The position numbers were made by a program, and so were the translations under genes. 11,869 nucleotides of DNA. Origin: Candidatus Sumerlaeaceae bacterium (GTDB taxonomy: Bacteria; Sumerlaeota; Sumerlaeia; Sumerlaeales; Sumerlaeaceae). The notes beneath the pieces are model-generated. The model saw only the letters and a list, made by a program, of their open reading frames with translations, made no database searches and had not been told where the DNA came from. Position 1 is the first letter of the stretch; every line of letters starts with the position of its first letter. Where the stretch lies: positions 1-11,869 of the forward strand of contig JBPCLP010000057.1 of the NCBI GenBank assembly GCA_051003195.1. Reading direction: 5' to 3'. Positions 7,319-11,869 of the stretch are shown here, in pieces.

Positions 7319-7483
7319 GATTCACGGAGCCCGTGACCGCCCACGTAGTACTAAAGCTATTCAGTAGATGATGATTTTTTCACGAGTGGTGGGGGCAATG
7401 GGGCTCCAAATGGGAATGGATGCACTGTGGTCAGCAAAGTGCTGATCAATACCTGGGTCGTCATCCCTCTCATTCCGTGAGTT
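7319..7483. other. Structured intergenic region between convergent yajQ and mraY (candidate terminator or ncRNA)
   Basis: Complementary pairs: TCACGGA 7322-7328/TCCGTGA 7474-7480; GGAGCCC 7326-7332/GGGCTCC 7401-7407; GGATG 7418-7422/CATCC 7462-7466; TCAGCA 7431-7436/TGCTGA 7440-7445. Confidence 0.35.
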
Positions 7484-7492
7484 GCACACGTG

Positions 7493-8656
7493 TTACCGCA
7501 GCTTTAGCGAACTCAGCCCCACCAGCGCGAGCAGGATGCTCACGATCCAGAAGCGCGCGATGATCTTGGATTCGGTCATGCCCTGTTTCTCGTAATGGTG
7601 ATGCAGCGGCGCCATCAGGAAGATGCGCTTCTTTGTCAGCTTATACGAGCCCACCTGCAGGATCACCGAGATGGTCTCGACAACGAACACACCCCCGATG
7701 ATCGTCAGCAGGATTTCCTGCTTACAGATGATCGCGACCGTCGCAATGACTCCCCCCAGCGTCAGCGAGCCCGTGTCTCCCATGAACATCTCGGCCGGGT
7801 ACGCATTGAACCACAGGAAACCGAGGCACGCCCCAAACAACGCGCCAAGGAACACCACCACTTCCTCCGCTCGCGGTACGTATGGCATCATCAGGTAACC
7901 TGAGTAAATCTTGTTACTGGTGAGGTAAGCGATCACCATGAAGGCAGCTGTCACAATAGCCGTAATGCCGATGCAAAGGCCATCCAGTCCATCGGTGAGA
8001 TTCACGGCGTTTGAGTACCCCGTCAAAAAGAACACAACATAGATGATAAAAAACATCCCGATGCTCGGATAGAGCCACTTGATAAAGGGCAGCAGCACGT
8101 GCTGATATCCGGAAATTGGCCCGAATGCCTGCCCATTGTCGAAGAACGTGTACTCGACACTAAGCACCTTCGACTGCCCGAAAAAGTAAAGGTAGGCTCC
8201 GACAAACAGGCCGACCAGCACCTGCCCAAGTATTTTGTATCGACCCGAGAGGCCGTCCGCGTTCTTCTTGGTGATTTTGAGGTAATCGTCGAGAAACCCA
8301 AGCGTGCCGAATCCAAACGTCACAAACACCAGCAGCCAGGTGAGCGGGTTGGTCCAACTGCACCACACCAGTACGGGCACCAGCAGACACATGACGATAA
8401 GGATGCCGCCCATCGTCGGCGTGCCGGCTTTCTTACCGTGAATTTCCGCGAGGTCGGGCGCGCCCTTGATGCTGACGCTGCGGATCGGCTGGCCCGCCTT
8501 GAGTAGTCTCAGCACCGCGACAGTACGCGGACCGATCAGCCATGACATCAGGAGCGCCATCACCCCCGCCGCGGCCGAACGCACCGTAATGTACTGGAAT
8601 GGGTTGATCCGAATCCAGTGATTCTGTTCGAGGTAGGCTAGAAGGTGATAGAGCAT
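7493..8656 (-). CDS. mraY: Phospho-N-acetylmuramoyl-pentapeptide transferase
   Basis: KKAGTPTMGG, GFLDDYLK, SNAVNLTDGLDGL, FLWFNAYPAEMFMGDTGSL, MAPLHHHYE; multiple transmembrane segments. Confidence 0.99.
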   Translation of the reverse strand: MLYHLLAYLEQNHWIRINPFQYITVRSAAAGVMALLMSWLIGPRTVAVLRLLKAGQPIRSVSIKGAPDLAEIHGKKAGTPTMGGILIVMCLLVPVLVWCSWTNPLTWLLVFVTFGFGTLGFLDDYLKITKKNADGLSGRYKILGQVLVGLFVGAYLYFFGQSKVLSVEYTFFDNGQAFGPISGYQHVLLPFIKWLYPSIGMFFIIYVVFFLTGYSNAVNLTDGLDGLCIGITAIVTAAFMVIAYLTSNKIYSGYLMMPYVPRAEEVVVFLGALFGACLGFLWFNAYPAEMFMGDTGSLTLGGVIATVAIICKQEILLTIIGGVFVVETISVILQVGSYKLTKKRIFLMAPLHHHYEKQGMTESKIIARFWIVSILLALVGLSSLKLR

Positions 8657-8715
8657 AAATCAGCGGCTGTTGAGCTCTCCGGGCGCGGCATAATCTGCGA
8701 ACCGAATCGGGTGCA

Positions 8716-10092
8716 TTACGCCTTCAGCAGTTCGTAAAGGCGCTCCAGCTTCATCAGTCGCGATCCCTTTAATAAGAGCAAATCTCCCGGTTTCAACTCC
8801 TGCTTCAGCTCTGCGGCTACAGATTCGACATCTGGCAGATGCACGGCATTTGTGCCATTTGCGCTGGCAGTCTCATGAATGATCGCCCCACGCTGGCCAA
8901 GGGTGAACAATCGTTTCAGCCCCGCGCGCGCTGCGGATTCGCCAACCTGCTCATGATACATGCGCTCGAAATCGCCGAGCTCCATCATATCACCAAGCAC
9001 GGCGAAACGTCGCCCCGGAACCTGGAAATCCTTAAGGGATTCCAGTGCGAGCTGCACGGCCGCGGGAATTGCATTATAGTAGTCTTTGACCAGGTACCAG
9101 CCGTCGATCTGCTCGACTTCACTGCGATTCAGTCGTGGCTGAAACGCACTCAGCCTTTGCGCCACATGCTCCGAAGAAATATCGAAGTGCCGCGCCAGCG
9201 CCGCAGCGGCGACTGCGTTCGAGACATTATGCCGACCAAACATCCGCAGCTCGACTTCGTTGTTGGAATACCCACCGCCCTGCAATGAGAACCGGTACCC
9301 GTAGGGCGCCAGGTTGTGGATGCCTGTAGCGCGCACATCTGCAGGATTATCCACACCGAACGTGCTCACGCTCCTTGAGCCTGCGTACTCCCGGCGCGCC
9401 TGCTGGCTTTTTGCGTCATCGGAGTTGAAGATAAGCTTCGTGCGCTCCGGCGCATACCGTATCGCCTCCGCCTCCGCCTCGTAGTGTGCTTCGTGCGTGC
9501 CGAACATGCCCACGTGCGCGTGCGTAATGTTCGTCAGCAGGAGTACATCCGGATCCGCAATTTCCACCAGCCTGCGGTTTTCATCCGGTAAATTCATGCC
9601 CAGCTCCAGCACCGCGGCCTGGTGAGTTTCGTTTAATTCGAACAGCATACGTGGCAGCCCGATCAGGTTGTTCAGGTTGCCACGGGTGGAAAGCGCCGGT
9701 ATCGCCGACCCGACAATCTCCGCCGCCATTTCCTTGGTCGTGGTTTTCCCGCTGGACCCAACGAGCCCCGCCACGGGAATGGTGAACCGGGAACGCCACG
9801 TATGGGCAAGTTGACCAAGCGCGACGAGGGTATCCGCAACGACAAGTTGTACTACATGCGACGGGACGTTTACGGCCACATGGACCACCAGCACCGCGGC
9901 ACCAGCCTTAATCGCCTGCTGAAGGAAATCGTGCGCGTCGAAGTTCTCACCCTTCAGCGCAACAAAGCAGTCACCCGGTTTAAGCGATCGCGTATCGGTC
10001 GAGATGGAAGTAATCACATCATGCGTTGTTGCCGGTTCCCCAACCAGCTTCGCGCCCGTGGCATTCATTACTTCCTGCAACGTCAGGCGCAT
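8716..10092 (-). CDS. murF: UDP-N-acetylmuramoyl-tripeptide--D-Ala-D-Ala ligase
   Basis: STDTR, FVALKGENFDAHDF, GSSGKTTTKE, GNLNNLIGLP, LELGMN, LGDMMELG, LLKGSR; lies between murE and mraY. Confidence 0.97.
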   Translation of the reverse strand: MRLTLQEVMNATGAKLVGEPATTHDVITSISTDTRSLKPGDCFVALKGENFDAHDFLQQAIKAGAAVLVVHVAVNVPSHVVQLVVADTLVALGQLAHTWRSRFTIPVAGLVGSSGKTTTKEMAAEIVGSAIPALSTRGNLNNLIGLPRMLFELNETHQAAVLELGMNLPDENRRLVEIADPDVLLLTNITHAHVGMFGTHEAHYEAEAEAIRYAPERTKLIFNSDDAKSQQARREYAGSRSVSTFGVDNPADVRATGIHNLAPYGYRFSLQGGGYSNNEVELRMFGRHNVSNAVAAAALARHFDISSEHVAQRLSAFQPRLNRSEVEQIDGWYLVKDYYNAIPAAVQLALESLKDFQVPGRRFAVLGDMMELGDFERMYHEQVGESAARAGLKRLFTLGQRGAIIHETASANGTNAVHLPDVESVAAELKQELKPGDLLLLKGSRLMKLERLYELLKA

Positions 10093-10141
10093 ATAATATT
10101 AAATCCCGCGCACACCACTATTCCTGCCAGGTTTCGGCCCG

Positions 10142-11665
10142 TCATAGCGGCGCGGTTGCACGCGCGCGCAAAAACTCCCGGGCGACCTCCCGATCATCGA
10201 AGTGAATTTTCTCGTGTCCAAGTATCTGGTAATCCTCGTGGCCTTTGCCTGCGATCACAACCACATCACCCTCGTCCGCAAGCGCCAGCGCATGCTCAAT
10301 TGCGGACTTCCTGTCCAGAATCCGCGCGACATGTTCCAGCGGCAGGCCGATCGTCACGACACCCTCCATGACCTGGTCCGCTATCTTTTCCGGGTCCTCC
10401 GTGCGAGGGTTGTCATTCGTCACAATCACATAGTCTGCGAGCTCGGCAGCCGCGCGACCCATGATCGGGCGTTTGCCCGCGTCGCGATCGCCACCACAGC
10501 CGAACACCGCGATCAGTTTTCGCTGCGTCATCACGCGCGCATTAACCAGGACCCGCTCCAGCGCGTCCGGCGTATGCGCATAGTCCACCAGCACCATGAA
10601 CGGTTGCCCCGCCTTTACCTGCTCGAGCCGGCCCGGCACTGCAGCCAGTGTTGCCAGCCCCTTTAGTATGGCCTTCTGTGGAATATCAACGGCTTGTGCG
10701 AGCGCCATCGCTCCCAACGCATTTTGTACGTTGAACATCCCCACCAGGTGCATCTGGACGTCCGCTGCACCGGCGGCGCTTTCGACTCGAAATGCCGATT
10801 CATTTTGGGACATCTGGATGTGGGTCGCGCGCAGATCGGCGACGGGGTTGTCCACCGCGAACGTTATCTTCGTCAGCGGAAACTCCGCCGCAAAGCGCCC
10901 CGCGTACGTGTCGTCCAGGTTGAACGCAGCCGCCGGGCCTTTCTTTTTCGTCCCGCCGGCCCGTCGAAGAAGGTAATCGAAAAATATCGCCTTCTTTGCC
11001 TCGGCATACGCTTCCATGGTGCCGTGATAATCGAGGTGATCCTGTGTTATGTTCGTCAGGAGGCACGCGTCGAACTCAATACCCGAGATGCGACGCTGGT
11101 CCGCCGCGTGGCTTGATACTTCCATCGCGACCGCGGTGACACCTGCGTCGCGCATTTCAGCGAAGAGTTGTGCAAGCTGCAAGGCAGTCGGCGTTGTATT
11201 TACCGCCTCGCGCCGCTGTCCAGCGAAGCGGTACTCGATTGTCCCGAGCACGCCCGGTTCGTACCCAGCTGCACGCAAAATCGCTTCGAGCAGAAACGTC
11301 GTCGTTGTCTTTCCGTTCGTTCCCGTCACTCCCAGCACAAGCATTTCACGGGATGGGTTTCCATGCCAGGCGTGCGCAAGACGACCCAGCGCGTCCCGCG
11401 TGTCCGGCACATGCACGATATCCACCCCGCGATACGGCGGCGTCTCGCGTTCCACCAGCACGGCTGCTGCGCCTTTGTCTACTGCGTCGGAAATAAACAG
11501 GTGGCTGTCCACTTTTGAGCCAGTGGTCGCCACGAACAAACAGTCCGGTTCGATGCGCCGCGTGTCGTCGGTAATCGATTTGACAGCGGGATTGAGGGAG
11601 CGGGGCGGAAGCTGCAGGCCCGCCTGCTCGAACAGTTCACTTAACTTCCAACGTTGCGCGGTCAT
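10142..11665 (-). CDS. murE: UDP-N-acetylmuramoyl-L-Ala-D-Glu--meso-diaminopimelate ligase
   Basis: GVTGTNGKTTT, NTTP, MEVSSH, DHLDYH, VDYAHTPD, FGCGGDRD, DNPR (meso-DAP specificity motif), AGKGHE. Start set at ATG 11665 (SD GAGG at 11670-11673) rather than 11776. Confidence 0.98.
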   Translation of the reverse strand: MTAQRWKLSELFEQAGLQLPPRSLNPAVKSITDDTRRIEPDCLFVATTGSKVDSHLFISDAVDKGAAAVLVERETPPYRGVDIVHVPDTRDALGRLAHAWHGNPSREMLVLGVTGTNGKTTTTFLLEAILRAAGYEPGVLGTIEYRFAGQRREAVNTTPTALQLAQLFAEMRDAGVTAVAMEVSSHAADQRRISGIEFDACLLTNITQDHLDYHGTMEAYAEAKKAIFFDYLLRRAGGTKKKGPAAAFNLDDTYAGRFAAEFPLTKITFAVDNPVADLRATHIQMSQNESAFRVESAAGAADVQMHLVGMFNVQNALGAMALAQAVDIPQKAILKGLATLAAVPGRLEQVKAGQPFMVLVDYAHTPDALERVLVNARVMTQRKLIAVFGCGGDRDAGKRPIMGRAAAELADYVIVTNDNPRTEDPEKIADQVMEGVVTIGLPLEHVARILDRKSAIEHALALADEGDVVVIAGKGHEDYQILGHEKIHFDDREVAREFLRARATAPL

Positions 11666-11797
11666 GGTTCCTCGTGCGGTGAGTCGTCTGTGCAGGATTG
11701 GAGTGCAAGTGCGAAGCATATTTGAGGCCAAATGCAAATTCACCGGCTGTAAGGATATGTAAGTTGTCGTTAACACTACCGCTGGAAAGGTACACTA

Positions 11798-11859
11798 GTG
11801 TGCCGAATCAGAAGTTCCTATCCAGTTTGAGCGCGGAAAATGAGCTCAATTCGGCACAC
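11798..11859. repeat. Perfect 11-bp inverted repeat enclosing a 40-nt spacer, upstream of murE
   Basis: GTGTGCCGAAT (11798-11808) and ATTCGGCACAC (11849-11859) are exact reverse complements; the spacer contains an inner TGAGC/GCTCA stem. Confidence 0.75.
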
Positions 11860-11869
11860 AGAACCGGAT

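Noticed and set aside
7310..7492. Firm call as 6S RNA or Rho-independent terminator
   Set aside because: The apical stem pairs poorly, the usual 6S gene context is absent and no U-tract follows a stem; kept only as an unclassified structure.
9463..9480. (GAGGCG)x3 as a phase-variation tract
   Set aside because: Only three in-frame units, and the spacing to flanking motifs appears normal.
11049..11762. 237-aa antisense ORF, and similar shadows such as 457..972, 6210..6683, 9802..10371 and 4492..4992
   Set aside because: They overlap well-supported genes and have Arg/Ser/Pro-rich or motif-free translations typical of shadow frames in GC-rich DNA.
11666..11776. 37-aa N-terminal extension of MurE
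   Set aside because: ATG 11665 has a clear SD and matches the usual MurE start.
1..11869. Taxonomic assignment, prophage, CRISPR, tRNA or defence system
   Set aside because: No supporting genes or repeat-spacer pattern were seen; taxonomy beyond a DAP-type bacterium needs a database search.

Overview
Moderately GC-rich bacterial chromosomal window with about 11 CDSs. I found no rRNA, tRNA, CRISPR array or mobile element. The right half is housekeeping: a short cell-wall block murE-murF-mraY (- strand), with no murD after mraY, converging on yajQ (+). The middle is a probable - strand operon: an RdgC-related/FLGxEFLTWL hypothetical protein, a SAM methyltransferase, a GT4 glycosyltransferase and a Crp/Fnr regulator. 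The left end looks accessory. It has a secreted 630-aa protein (uncharacterised enzyme-like domain plus two ~70%-identical CBM-like modules) followed by a GAF-PAS protein with no output domain. Divergent from these, and absent from the ORF track, is the 5' end of an exported protein resembling bacterial lysyl oxidase (LOX) family proteins. Points most worth checking: the hidden LOX-like gene and its divergent partner, a MurF with Glu where the carbamoylated Lys is expected, a Crp-family protein with degenerate cAMP and DNA contacts, and two structured intergenic regions. All family calls come from motif recognition by eye; no searches were run.
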